From Candidatus Cloacimonadales bacterium (GTDB lineage: Bacteria; Cloacimonadota; Cloacimonadia; Cloacimonadales; JAIOQZ01), in NCBI GenBank assembly GCA_963665815.1, contig OY762463.1, forward strand, positions 2,048,001-2,112,000: a DNA stretch of 64,000 nucleotides, in the 5' to 3' direction. Made by a program: the position numbers and the translations under genes. Positions 44,801 through 52,067 of the stretch are shown here, in pieces (position 1 is the stretch's first letter; each line of letters starts with the position of its first letter). The notes beneath the pieces were generated by a model, which worked only from the letters and a program-made list of their open reading frames with translations, did no database searches and had not been told where the DNA came from.

Positions 44801-45772
44801 GACAATGTTTGACAAGTATTTTGTCTGGAAAATCTCCTGATAGGCGTCTCCAACCGGGAGATTGTTTTCGTCATAGTTTGCAGGATCTATGTTTTCGGAT
44901 CTCATCTCCTGATGGGGATCTATATACTCACATGTATCTTTTTCTTCATAGTTAAAAATAATTTCTTTACCATAAACATCAGTAATTTTCTTCAAGTACA
45001 TTGCCTTGGTGTAAGCAATTGAACTTTCCCCGACTCTTTCTTTTATCTGCATATACTCATAGTTTATTTCATCTCCCCAGTAATGGGTTTTCTTCGATAA
45101 ACACCATGAAGTTGTAAATAAATCTTGATTAACATTTACCTGATTCCCTGTATAATCGAAATATGAGAAACTTTGTTTTACTGTTGCTCCAATCCAGTCT
45201 CCCCATTTTATGGCACTTGTTCTCGCTTCGGGAGTATTCCCAAACTCTAATATATTGCCATTTTTAAGATCAATTACCCACCTGTCGTCTTCAGGGTAGA
45301 ATTTCAGAATCCAGGACTTATGCATTTTGCAGGTATAATTATGAACTGAGACCTCATTATTATTTTCGTCAAGCTCTGTATCTGTACTTGTTTTCTCTAT
45401 CTCAATGAATGCTCCATTCAGACTAAGATAGTAGTCATCATCGTAAGCTTGAGCAGTCTTTTTATGATTGCGGATTATTCGGTCTATACCAAATGACCAT
45501 CCAACTCCCAATATACCCGTGTAACTGTCTTGGTTCCATGTTTGAATCTGCTGCTGCACATTACTATTATATGTAGCATTCAAATTAACATCCAGTCCAT
45601 TTCGACCTTCAATATTTAACAATGGCACATTGAGATTAACATCTCCGGTAAATTCATTAACTGAGTTCTGGACAAGACTTTGAATATCTGTATTTAACGC
45701 ATTCAGTGAACCAAAGAATAGTAATCCCAGAAAAAACACAATAATGTGTTTTGTTTGTTTAAAACTCCACAT
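35819..45772 (-). CDS. Giant secreted Rhs/YD-repeat polymorphic toxin with HExxH CT
   Basis: Sec signal; SpvB/TcB-like start (VNEFTGD..VPL..G.GW); LamG-like segment; YD repeats; LKDHLGNIR..NNPANFVELDG core; THELSH. Confidence 0.93.
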   Translation of the reverse strand: MWSFKQTKHIIVFFLGLLFFGSLNALNTDIQSLVQNSVNEFTGDVNLNVPLLNIEGRNGLDVNLNATYNSNVQQQIQTWNQDSYTGILGVGWSFGIDRIIRNHKKTAQAYDDDYYLSLNGAFIEIEKTSTDTELDENNNEVSVHNYTCKMHKSWILKFYPEDDRWVIDLKNGNILEFGNTPEARTSAIKWGDWIGATVKQSFSYFDYTGNQVNVNQDLFTTSWCLSKKTHYWGDEINYEYMQIKERVGESSIAYTKAMYLKKITDVYGKEIIFNYEEKDTCEYIDPHQEMRSENIDPANYDENNLPVGDAYQEIFQTKYLSNIVVQKNDLVMNTIRFEYQLNSYNLYSYLSAYSMTTNPELSTYDSYPDAAIAAINNYAAENYNKLDNELKKRYLTKISSFSSRNAEKSYLDFEYYQSSATIQSDGGQSVMPGLLRSISNKMGASIDYNYKVNTITNSQKTLMITRPVSTENPERDYGYYLSWFYSDYGIIGWVSSDRYMHLTLYEWDGYWKTTFLDEVYIANWKKKSNRRYKSEDNIYLKNGTCINSGYFAQYKWESEYIDEIIYTDSPENEVDSLWSEAALTNYIFDDSEYNYIVVEGDTIDKYNYYHYSFEYCISNFNGDSICTTPNRPVVTYSLTDSIYHYGLRIFYGVRKDPQSVFTEFPKEFTTCSSDEDSINFYKSFYSGKPYFDFDPQPNMVHYYPDISFDLNPDFFLMRVNGQSIAEEDDPVEITDRNEDRYAVAYHKNTGTDTWDKLSIGYDSSEDTGGLSFDINLNNYQITQELVDSLEVPGKLVCGSGDDYFVFFQDDWNFHKLYIWNEENNSWQLKPTTYSNYYISNYELVAEPDFYGIMTRFKDPSNPAATDTEYFYANPLVLRRNSCGEFVKVQLFNGIHSTAIGTGGGTDIQALFPEVSEYCVYGSHLTATDCIELTLTPGTNYVVLTGKYKIPANGNYATFRRIVDLVEDEDNIIASGRYNMKISDLAGPAITYATNDFVITSVENYYLDKGIREYTQSFGINYNCSVQHRSQDSWLFGQRYTEKEVPHQFMINDKSFSIGYTFFWGDVDHLFNRTYNIDPNNPISMFPDFHQNWLDAQDDSSDIQYWPSTNVGQFGAYSSFKNKTGRIGAIANASNHITINDYDLNSYDSFSRIAFHNRYGLWKGVHVINWADILSSSTFPEDEEEHPNRVLNEKYNTIYDLTFNDYFDIGVKLSHTSNNHFLIDANTPGDRTKIGFIRNEDIVRSILFSNSSDKFIWDLDGTPENAVLREFYFDTILQDDGKRFGNDSLWITRLTNMDMPDIVVDENGISNLQKDIAVASIYLYDNNSVRVKKITYDYNCDTAKMNVMGTNASYCEVKKQVNDDLGYVLTRYYNGYENFPSASLVDSLHRKDLLRGKKMHSLVYDDDDNLFSETQNFYRLLYIDGRKKIVLHKKISTVDGYPETSMYRYDETNGRLTQVEKYRTGYPTVIVSNRYWDEVYSDPGAPISNSIVQITTKTDNRITSDSFIAWDLFDGKWAIKATYKYKGDPDALSYLPSIPSNYPEFCGDWHRKSLILEYDEHMRPVSQIGDNHIKSNIFYNQENGLPLFTSQVCEPEEVLAESFEYPDNLVIDHTPYMLTGSPFEIEYGSGKTGEKSMKVSHTGNLFKMNFYYGKTYKISYWQKKHNTASDKDIELILTDTYTGSVTASFNSSPISELEWELKEFFYTHDNQSCPLENTYVTIEIGLDQASEGDYQLLDNLRIAPVDARLSSYTSDNVLSRHTSTTNSHNHITYTTYNYLDEKCHTLDTDGVPYSSTNVFMNQTKNTQIYVPAGCSNPSLVYAELNKNLGISASTLDKGFYESFDQNKWTEDWYIDGTPEIDSLRKYLHGSSVENIGLLHRNFSTVNKNLIIEFEATLGGENNTDAVEVIYNGPGQKISRTANNEILWYSGETSVPYRVNLPADEWHHYMFVIRKTDSSTAYDMIDLYIDGTCINADVELNKADYNCDITGFIITGQNTGIDNIAYLVNPSLSFEFMTCYGKKTQSVKYNMEDDTKHILQKHVYDLNGVEKEKYPPVPISYFNGRFVKDNCVQPCYDNYYNAINYSSNFEYEKSLRMRVTRSEKPTLSISEYYVNRYYGTQSNCSMGWTKGDSSFVKSRLFEPDELSYSNTIDKDNNGVVIQKDRIGRLISKTTFTSSAILERSYIYDEYGRLCGEISPALSQILSLSGATEITQAQQEMYMTTFRYDEKNRQISKTLPGNLRIDVVYDRYGRIVLKQDNRLREMDYWSFSKYDQYGRTILSGIFKNPDKLSRDSLQNYCDSYTGDMYEVPSGINFVIQQGYTNYMFPDINNCFIWSVNYYDNYDCDRNGTDDNTFTPVQQLDTGNALKYPSGQITMTKVRVMELGEYPEGIYDICPFDKKFIIEGSSIDIGPGFEMFGEQIADIGTDIDMTYFGTGWIEDVIFYDKKGQVIHTQNNNLAGMQTVTNEYNWAGQLTKSMQVQQVENTYIETRKTFVYNRTGNLLKSYCKIDNDEEILAEEYDYDEFGRVSAVNKHVHDTVITDAFNTDFSRIHHYDFQERGLQTVNFKYDYLGRLEMINNPRLTGTDLFGMQIMREKLTSYMEPFSDHIFHDGRVNAVIWNTADNFGLPGLSNDKYYSKMAYVYSYDSVGRMKKADFTYLNGSTWDTNNYFGIENMHYDENGNIQSLRRFARDENGVRQSIDDLTYSYSGNRLIGVTDNASITGTGFIDGFSSSTEDEYLYDSNGNMIKDRNKGFDIRYNLFNLPELMIKRTDDADDMKNRIRFVYSATGERLQKIVTADDRVTQKVNYVNGLVYTHYAEDTASEDEIVINTSFGRQVRDFTAQVGEQQWRYEYELKDHLGNIRVVFTENTDGTALVIQNNTFYPFGMKVPMLCSQSTEYRFIGKNREIIDEHGLNWIYWGKRFLDPQIGRWHSLDPAEQFDSPYVYCGNNPANFVELDGAISLSYRQEQYAKLQSLYRGFRGMSLNAEDDWNYAQNFELQMLNYEIDACGGYVEWSASVRREQIEEKLFWAEQEAKKSYDDEFSLVDKRNLGWRNGTADTSTTSKDKMEKLHADLANRLEEEGFKKEDGTAYTADDFALLFLDFNAQYSAEFVDDFVDSIGTIAGEGGPEGKKLLNDIFGALAKGSIITLHDASLGKNAASTINCVRPNGDDNMFDLSLDFHNTYTSAGKVLSNVRTVTHELSHIQDLTGNADRSNIWKSGHWYTFNRKTNFYIVDREKHKPVFGIFSTGDKKEQYAMLNSNQIMLNIKNSNIKHNDIYRKHDLGSNYDLRTSHTVHQIYEHYYRGDIYGNPFQNWRN

Positions 45773-45786
45773 ATTTCCCCCGGGAT

Positions 45787-46890
45787 TTAGTTTGTTTTTT
45801 CTTCTAAGGTTTGTAACTGAGCTTTTACCTGTTCAAGGACTTCATTCTGTTCATTATTTCTTTTTTCAAGTTCAATAATATATAGGGTAAGTTCTTCTAT
45901 TTTTTTGAGCAGTACAGCTTGGTTTTCAACAATATCTATACCATTTTCTTTAATATCTGATTGTGTCGGTACGTTTGGTAAATGATTATTCTCTGAAACA
46001 TAATTGTTCAGTTCATGTAAAGGCATAAGTTGGTAGTCTTCCTTAAAAACATAGTCCGGCCAGAAAGTTGTGTCATCAATTTCTCTTACTTTCAAGTTTG
46101 TTGCTGCAACTGTTCCTCTGAAAAAATATGTCATAGGCATGGGGGTTGGTAAAACACCAGTCTGAATAAATCTTGGTAAATATGTGTAACTATTCTCTAC
46201 CCCTGTTATCTCACCACTTTCATTATACATCGGTTTGCCAAAAGAATATGTATAAGTGTACCCAGAAATATCTGTACCGGTTGATTTGAAAATTGATAAC
46301 CCTGTGTCTCTATTTATTGTAAAGGTATTATCAGCTTGTGAATCATAAAATTTTAGTAAACTAATGTCTAGATGAGAGTATTTGGTGCCATCCTGTTCAT
46401 TGAATAATTTAAGTTTCTGATTATCAAGGTATGAGGATATTTCTCCCTCTTCTTCGGGGTCGCCATTATCAAAAAACATATATGTTCCTGTTAAGGCTAA
46501 TTTAGGTACAACTGATGAAGCTACACTAGTGTTCCAATCTCCAATTACTAAACCTCCAGGGAAGAATTCCATAGATGATTTTACACAATCTGCATTTTCA
46601 TCCCAAAATCCAACTGAAAGTTGATTAACGTTATCATGAAAGAATCCACATTGTCTATCACCTTCGTCATCCCAACCAAACTTTATCCTACTGGCATTGA
46701 ATAAACCATATCTTTCTTCTGAGGTCTCTGTTTCTTCTAAAACTTTGACATTCCCTTTGGTTTCAACATTCTCGTCTGGATCTAATATTCCTATCCCAAG
46801 TTTACCATTAATTGTCACATCATCCGGGTCATCCGCAAATACCATGATTGATATCAGTAACATAACTCCTAATAAAATACTTTTTTTCAT
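45787..46890 (-). CDS. Secreted fibre-like protein with C-terminal S74-like chaperone/coiled-coil domain
   Basis: Signal peptide; GKLGIG..P motif; WPDYVF..Y.LMPL..HLPNVP..LLKKIEELTLY. Confidence 0.8.
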   Translation of the reverse strand: MKKSILLGVMLLISIMVFADDPDDVTINGKLGIGILDPDENVETKGNVKVLEETETSEERYGLFNASRIKFGWDDEGDRQCGFFHDNVNQLSVGFWDENADCVKSSMEFFPGGLVIGDWNTSVASSVVPKLALTGTYMFFDNGDPEEEGEISSYLDNQKLKLFNEQDGTKYSHLDISLLKFYDSQADNTFTINRDTGLSIFKSTGTDISGYTYTYSFGKPMYNESGEITGVENSYTYLPRFIQTGVLPTPMPMTYFFRGTVAATNLKVREIDDTTFWPDYVFKEDYQLMPLHELNNYVSENNHLPNVPTQSDIKENGIDIVENQAVLLKKIEELTLYIIELEKRNNEQNEVLEQVKAQLQTLEEKTN

Positions 46891-47253
46891 TTTTCCTCCA
46901 ATATTGATGCATTATATTTGAATTAAGTTTTTATTTTATTTCCTACATAAATTTTACCTTCATTTTTGTTTGTTCTAGTTATTAAAAGTATACATTGAAA
47001 TGTCAATATTTTTTTAAATTGCAAATTTTAAGGCTTAATGATACATTTTAAAGAAATTGTTATGTCTTTATTATAGTATTGCTGCTCTAAGTTAAATTGT
47101 ACAAATGGAATTCCAATAATTGCACCTTATCACAAATTATTTATGACTTGGGATCTTCACTATTTCTTACATCGAGCATTATACAATTTTTTCCTCATCA
47201 GAAATATTGACTTCAAAAACACTTTTAATATTCTTTGCAATATTGGAGGAATT

Positions 47254-47667
47254 ATGAGAAAATATAACATGATTAACTCAAATAAAGGTTTTTCATTGAT
47301 GGAAATTCTGATAGTTATTGTCATTATCGGAATACTTGCCACCCTGGCAGTACCTAAATACATGAGTATAACCAGAAAAGCTAAAGAAGCCGAAGCAAAA
47401 CTAATGCTTAATCAGGTGCATACATTGCAGGAATCATATTATTCGGAAAATGATGTTTATGCTGACACTATAGAAAAACTGGGCTTTGAACATGAAAAAC
47501 TGATCTCCGACGGTGGTAAGGCAAGATTCAGAATTGCTATAGAAAAAGGAAACATGGAATCTTACAAAGCAACTGCAACCTCAATTGTTGACTTTGATAA
47601 AGACGGTAATTTCAGTGTATGGGAAGTAGACGAAGAAGGCAAAATCACAAACGTTAATCCAGACTAA
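47254..47667 (+). CDS. Major (pseudo)pilin, GspG/PilA-like
   Basis: GFSLMEILIV class III signal; start after GGAGG; VDFDKDG..VW tail. Confidence 0.9.
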   Translation: MRKYNMINSNKGFSLMEILIVIVIIGILATLAVPKYMSITRKAKEAEAKLMLNQVHTLQESYYSENDVYADTIEKLGFEHEKLISDGGKARFRIAIEKGNMESYKATATSIVDFDKDGNFSVWEVDEEGKITNVNPD

Positions 47668-47670
47668 TCA

Positions 47671-49011
47671 ATGAGAATATCATCCCAAAGAGGCAGCGCT
47701 CTCATGAGTGCTTTGTTTATTCTGGCAATAATTACCATTGTTGTTGTGCTGATTCTTTCACTTGATCTGTTTCAGGTAAAGATGTTCCGAAAGGATAACA
47801 ATAGACTTCAGGCAATTTATAATGCTGAATCTGCAGTCAATCAACTGCTTGCATCCGGAGAGAAAGTTAAGATTAGCACAGGAGAACCAAACAGGGTAAA
47901 ACTTGACTGGGGAGATGAAGCAGATGTTTCTTTTCAGACATTTGGAGCGTTAATAGGTTTTGAATCTATCGGTTATTGTAAGACCAGTAAGCAATCTATA
48001 TCCGGGTACATCGGAAACAAAGAACTTGATGTAATGGAGAACGCACTTGCAGTTTATAACAGCAGTACTGACTTATCTCTCACTGGAGATTTCAGTATAA
48101 ACGGAGATATGCTTCTCAATAGACGATATGCAAAAAAATCTCTCAAAGGTATAGGATTCAAGGGACATGTCAACTCTGTAGTAAAGAAGCTTACTACTGA
48201 TTTTCCGGATATTGATTTTTCACAATTAGATGACTTCAAGAGTAAACTCGTGCGGGACTTCAGAGCTCCAACAGATGGAGTTAAGAATCATGCACTTTGG
48301 GGAAGAAAAATTTTTTCGACATCGAATGATATAACATTGAATAGCAGGTCATCTCATAAATCAGAGCAGGCAGGAATTATAATTACAACAGGGAAACTCG
48401 TTATAGAAGGATCATACAGATGCACTTCAGGCTGTATCTATATGGCAGAAGAGATAGTCCTTCAGGACGAAATTGAGGGGAACTACAATATATTTTACGC
48501 TACTAAATCCCTAATTGTAAAAGATGAGGTAAATCTGAGTGCTCAGTTAATATCAGAAGGAACAATCACAATTGAGGACAAAGCAGTTCTTGTATATCCG
48601 TCTCTGGTTCTGGCAACAAGAGAGAAGACATCTAAAACTCCTGCTCAGTTAATCCATCTTAAAGGTGAATCTCAAGTTAACGGATCGGTAATATTTTTCG
48701 ATAAGTCAACTCGAGTGAACAACAGAGTCAGAGATATTCTAATCGAGGATACGGCAACTGTTAATGGATTGGTGCTTTGTAATAGTCTGCTTGAGATGGG
48801 GGGAATTGTGCAGGGATCTGTTATTACTGCTAATGCCGGTTTTTATGAATCACCTGCATACTATGTTAACTGGATCAGAGCCGGAGCAATAAACAGACCG
48901 GAGAGAATGAACTCCTTGACTTTACCGGCAATGTTCTCTGATAGTCCGGGAATGGAAATACTGACACTTAGGAAATCGGATAACCCCGTGAAGAAGGCTG
49001 CAGATGAATAA
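47671..49011 (+). CDS. Large minor pseudopilin, GspK/PilX-like
   Basis: RGSAL prepilin site lacking E5; AIYNAES motif; beta-helix-like C-terminus. Confidence 0.75.
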   Translation: MRISSQRGSALMSALFILAIITIVVVLILSLDLFQVKMFRKDNNRLQAIYNAESAVNQLLASGEKVKISTGEPNRVKLDWGDEADVSFQTFGALIGFESIGYCKTSKQSISGYIGNKELDVMENALAVYNSSTDLSLTGDFSINGDMLLNRRYAKKSLKGIGFKGHVNSVVKKLTTDFPDIDFSQLDDFKSKLVRDFRAPTDGVKNHALWGRKIFSTSNDITLNSRSSHKSEQAGIIITTGKLVIEGSYRCTSGCIYMAEEIVLQDEIEGNYNIFYATKSLIVKDEVNLSAQLISEGTITIEDKAVLVYPSLVLATREKTSKTPAQLIHLKGESQVNGSVIFFDKSTRVNNRVRDILIEDTATVNGLVLCNSLLEMGGIVQGSVITANAGFYESPAYYVNWIRAGAINRPERMNSLTLPAMFSDSPGMEILTLRKSDNPVKKAADE

Positions 49012-49351
49012 TCGAGGCTCAACTCTCATTGAAATTGTAGCATCAATAGCTATACTGACAATTGTAAGTGTAATATCTCTTAGTGTTCTTGTCAAAGTAG
49101 TTCGATCAAAGAAAACAGAGAAGCTATTAAGAAACAGGATTCTGGCGACGCAGTGTCTGGAGGAAACACTTTATACCGAAGCAATTTCAGATACAACTTA
49201 TTCTGAAGGAAGGTATATCATAAAAAGAGAGATAGAAAAGAAGGAAAATCACATCAATATAATGGTTAAATCAATATGGAAAAAAAACGCATCAACTGAG
49301 GTAAAACTGTGTTACACAAAACCGATAAAAATCACAACGGATTCACATTAG
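49004..49351 (+). CDS. Minor pseudopilin (GspI-like)
   Basis: GSTLIE. Confidence 0.8.
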   Translation: MNNRGSTLIEIVASIAILTIVSVISLSVLVKVVRSKKTEKLLRNRILATQCLEETLYTEAISDTTYSEGRYIIKREIEKKENHINIMVKSIWKKNASTEVKLCYTKPIKITTDSH

Positions 49352-49821
49352 TTGAAATTGTTGCTGTAATTGCCCTGATCGGCATAATTACAGTACTTTC
49401 CTTTATGGTGTATTCCAGAGTGCACAGTAGTTTTTACTCATGGAAACAGTCGAATTTGCTAAATGCCAGAGTATCGAATACTATTACTCAGTTGCAGAAT
49501 GATTTCTCTTTTATTGAGAAATCCGAACTAATGCAGAACGACCTGAAGCTAACAGTTAACTCTGATGTGACTCACTATGTTTATATGGATTCTACTCTAC
49601 AAAGGAATAGTCGACTCCTTACCTCAGAGGATGTGGAAATATCTGATTTATCAGTTATATTTCATGAAAATAACAAAACTTTTAATTTCTGTTTGACTGA
49701 TTCATCGGATATGGAACTCTTAACTTTAGACAACATTGAATTTACAGAATTCAGTATTATCGCGAAAACTAAAAATGATACGGTTTCTTATTCAGGAGCT
49801 GTGAGAAACAAATACAAATGA
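49309..49821 (+). CDS. Minor pseudopilin (GspJ-like)
   Basis: GFTLVE. Confidence 0.8.
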   Translation: MLHKTDKNHNGFTLVEIVAVIALIGIITVLSFMVYSRVHSSFYSWKQSNLLNARVSNTITQLQNDFSFIEKSELMQNDLKLTVNSDVTHYVYMDSTLQRNSRLLTSEDVEISDLSVIFHENNKTFNFCLTDSSDMELLTLDNIEFTEFSIIAKTKNDTVSYSGAVRNKYK

Positions 49822-50900
49822 GAATTAACAAAGAAAAACAAAGCCGAATGAGCCTTCTGAAAAAGCTGAAATCAGCAAAGATTGTGCTTGATTTTACTAA
49901 AAGTCTGTCAGTGCTACTTAATGCCGGCATACCTCTGGTAAAAGCTCTAACAACTCTGATGCAGCAGGCAGAAGATTCTGATTTCAAGCCTGTTCTGAAA
50001 AGTATCATTAACAGGGTGAATAAAGGGAAGACCTTTTCAGAGGCTTTGACAAAGCATATAGAATACTTCGATGCAATGTACATACATATTGTTTCTGTTG
50101 GAGAAAAGACAGCAAAACTGGGACTTGTTCTGGAGAAGCATGCTGACTATCTACTCAAAATCCGCAAGATGAAACAGCGTCTTATGTATGCAATGCTGTA
50201 TCCGGCAATAATTATTGTATTCTCATTTCTGGTTGTAACCTTTCTGATATTGTTTCTTTTCCCAACAATCAGTGAAATATTTACTGAGTTCAACACTAAG
50301 ATTCCTACAATCACAAAATTTATTCTTCAGATAAACGAGAACTTCCCGACAATATTGTTCTCAATCATTGGTATTATAGTAATAAGTGTACTGTTTTTTA
50401 AGTATAACAAGCTCTCACCCGAATCAATCGCAAAACTCCATAGATTTCAGATGAGGATTCCCTTAATCAATAACATTATCCTTCAGAATACTATGTCTCG
50501 TCTATGCAGGACAACCGGACTTTTGATAGAAAGCGGTGAATCACTCAGTCAGTCATTGAGAATAGGTCTGAGAGTTATAAATAATCAGTATCTGAAGAAG
50601 AAAACAAAGATTATTCAGAAACAGGTTAAATCGGGATCATCTCTCAACAAAGCATTCGCAAAGACAGGCATTTTCCCGCAAATGGTATTGCAGATGGTAG
50701 AAGTTGCCGAACAAAGTGCAAACTTGAGTGAAATACTTGTGTATATTGCAGATCAGTATGATTCTGAACTTGACAAAACAATAGATGCATTAAGTTCTCT
50801 CTTAGAACCAATATTGATATTATTTATTAGTGTAATTATAGGAGGAATAGTAATCGCTCTGTATCTGCCGTTGTTTGATATGGTAACGATTGCTGCGTAG
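49818..50900 (+). CDS. gspF: Inner-membrane platform protein GspF/PilC
   Basis: LLNAGIPL, VGE.T..L, AMLYP, LLEP..LYLPLF. Confidence 0.92.
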   Translation: MRINKEKQSRMSLLKKLKSAKIVLDFTKSLSVLLNAGIPLVKALTTLMQQAEDSDFKPVLKSIINRVNKGKTFSEALTKHIEYFDAMYIHIVSVGEKTAKLGLVLEKHADYLLKIRKMKQRLMYAMLYPAIIIVFSFLVVTFLILFLFPTISEIFTEFNTKIPTITKFILQINENFPTILFSIIGIIVISVLFFKYNKLSPESIAKLHRFQMRIPLINNIILQNTMSRLCRTTGLLIESGESLSQSLRIGLRVINNQYLKKKTKIIQKQVKSGSSLNKAFAKTGIFPQMVLQMVEVAEQSANLSEILVYIADQYDSELDKTIDALSSLLEPILILFISVIIGGIVIALYLPLFDMVTIAA

Positions 50901-50907
50901 GAGAATT

Positions 50908-52062
50908 ATGAAAATTTCAGTAATACAGAAAGTTAACAAAATAATTTCAGAAGCTGTCAGTAAAAGGTCAAGCGATATTCATTTCGAGTCATACAGCAGT
51001 TCTTTCAGAGTTCGCTACAGAATAGACGGAGCATTGCAGACAATTGAAACATTGCCATTACGACAGAAAGAGGAGTTCATCTCAAGAATAAAAATCATGG
51101 CTGATCTGGATATTGCCGAAAAGCGAAAACCTCAGGACGGTAAATGTACATTCAAGTATGATAATCGTGATATTGATATCCGTGTGTCTGTTTTTCCAAC
51201 TCAGTATGGAGAAAAGGTAGTTCTCAGGATTCTTGATAAAAGCAGGATGCAGATCACTCTTGAATCAATTGGGATGAATGCGGAAGAGCAGAAGGTTTTC
51301 CGGAAAGCAATCAATAACCCTCATGGAATGATTCTGGTGACAGGACCAACCGGAAGCGGTAAGAGTACGACAATTTATTCAGCTATGAAAGAACTTAATG
51401 ATGATGCTGTGAATATAACAACGATTGAAGACCCAATTGAGTATAATCTTGACGGAATCAATCAGTCACATGTCAGACCGGATATAGGATATACATTTGC
51501 CACATCTTTAAGATCAATACTCCGACAGGACCCAGATATCATCATGGTTGGAGAGATGAGGGATCATGAGACTGCTGAGATAGCTGTTCAGTCATCTTTA
51601 ACCGGTCACATGGTGATTTCCACATTGCACACAAACGATGCTGTTTCCACTATTACCCGTCTGATCAATATGGGAATAGAACCATTCCTTGTGGCTTCAT
51701 CTGTTAAACTGATAATTGCCCAGAGACTGGTTCGGACAATATGCCCGGATTGTCAGGAAGAATATAAACCTGAGGAACACATTCTGGAGAATCTGGGATT
51801 AAGCGTAGACAGAACATACATACACGGGGCAGGATGTGAAAAATGTAATAACACCGGTTATTACGGTAGAACAGCAGTGTTCGAAATGATGCCGGTTAAC
51901 AATGGAATTGTACAGTCAATATACAGTTCCTATAATGAAAACGTTATAAAAGAAATTGCTTTGAAGGAAGGAATGAAAACACTTCTGGATAATTCAATAG
52001 AAAAGATAAAGCAGAATATTACAACACCGGATGAAGTTGTAAGAAAGATTATATCCGGATAA
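50908..52062 (+). CDS. gspE: Assembly ATPase GspE/PilB (short form)
   Basis: SDIHFE, GPTGSGKST, TIEDPIE, LRQDPD, TGH..STLH, CxxC..CxxC. Confidence 0.95.
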   Translation: MKISVIQKVNKIISEAVSKRSSDIHFESYSSSFRVRYRIDGALQTIETLPLRQKEEFISRIKIMADLDIAEKRKPQDGKCTFKYDNRDIDIRVSVFPTQYGEKVVLRILDKSRMQITLESIGMNAEEQKVFRKAINNPHGMILVTGPTGSGKSTTIYSAMKELNDDAVNITTIEDPIEYNLDGINQSHVRPDIGYTFATSLRSILRQDPDIIMVGEMRDHETAEIAVQSSLTGHMVISTLHTNDAVSTITRLINMGIEPFLVASSVKLIIAQRLVRTICPDCQEEYKPEEHILENLGLSVDRTYIHGAGCEKCNNTGYYGRTAVFEMMPVNNGIVQSIYSSYNENVIKEIALKEGMKTLLDNSIEKIKQNITTPDEVVRKIISG

Positions 52063-52067
52063 ATGAG

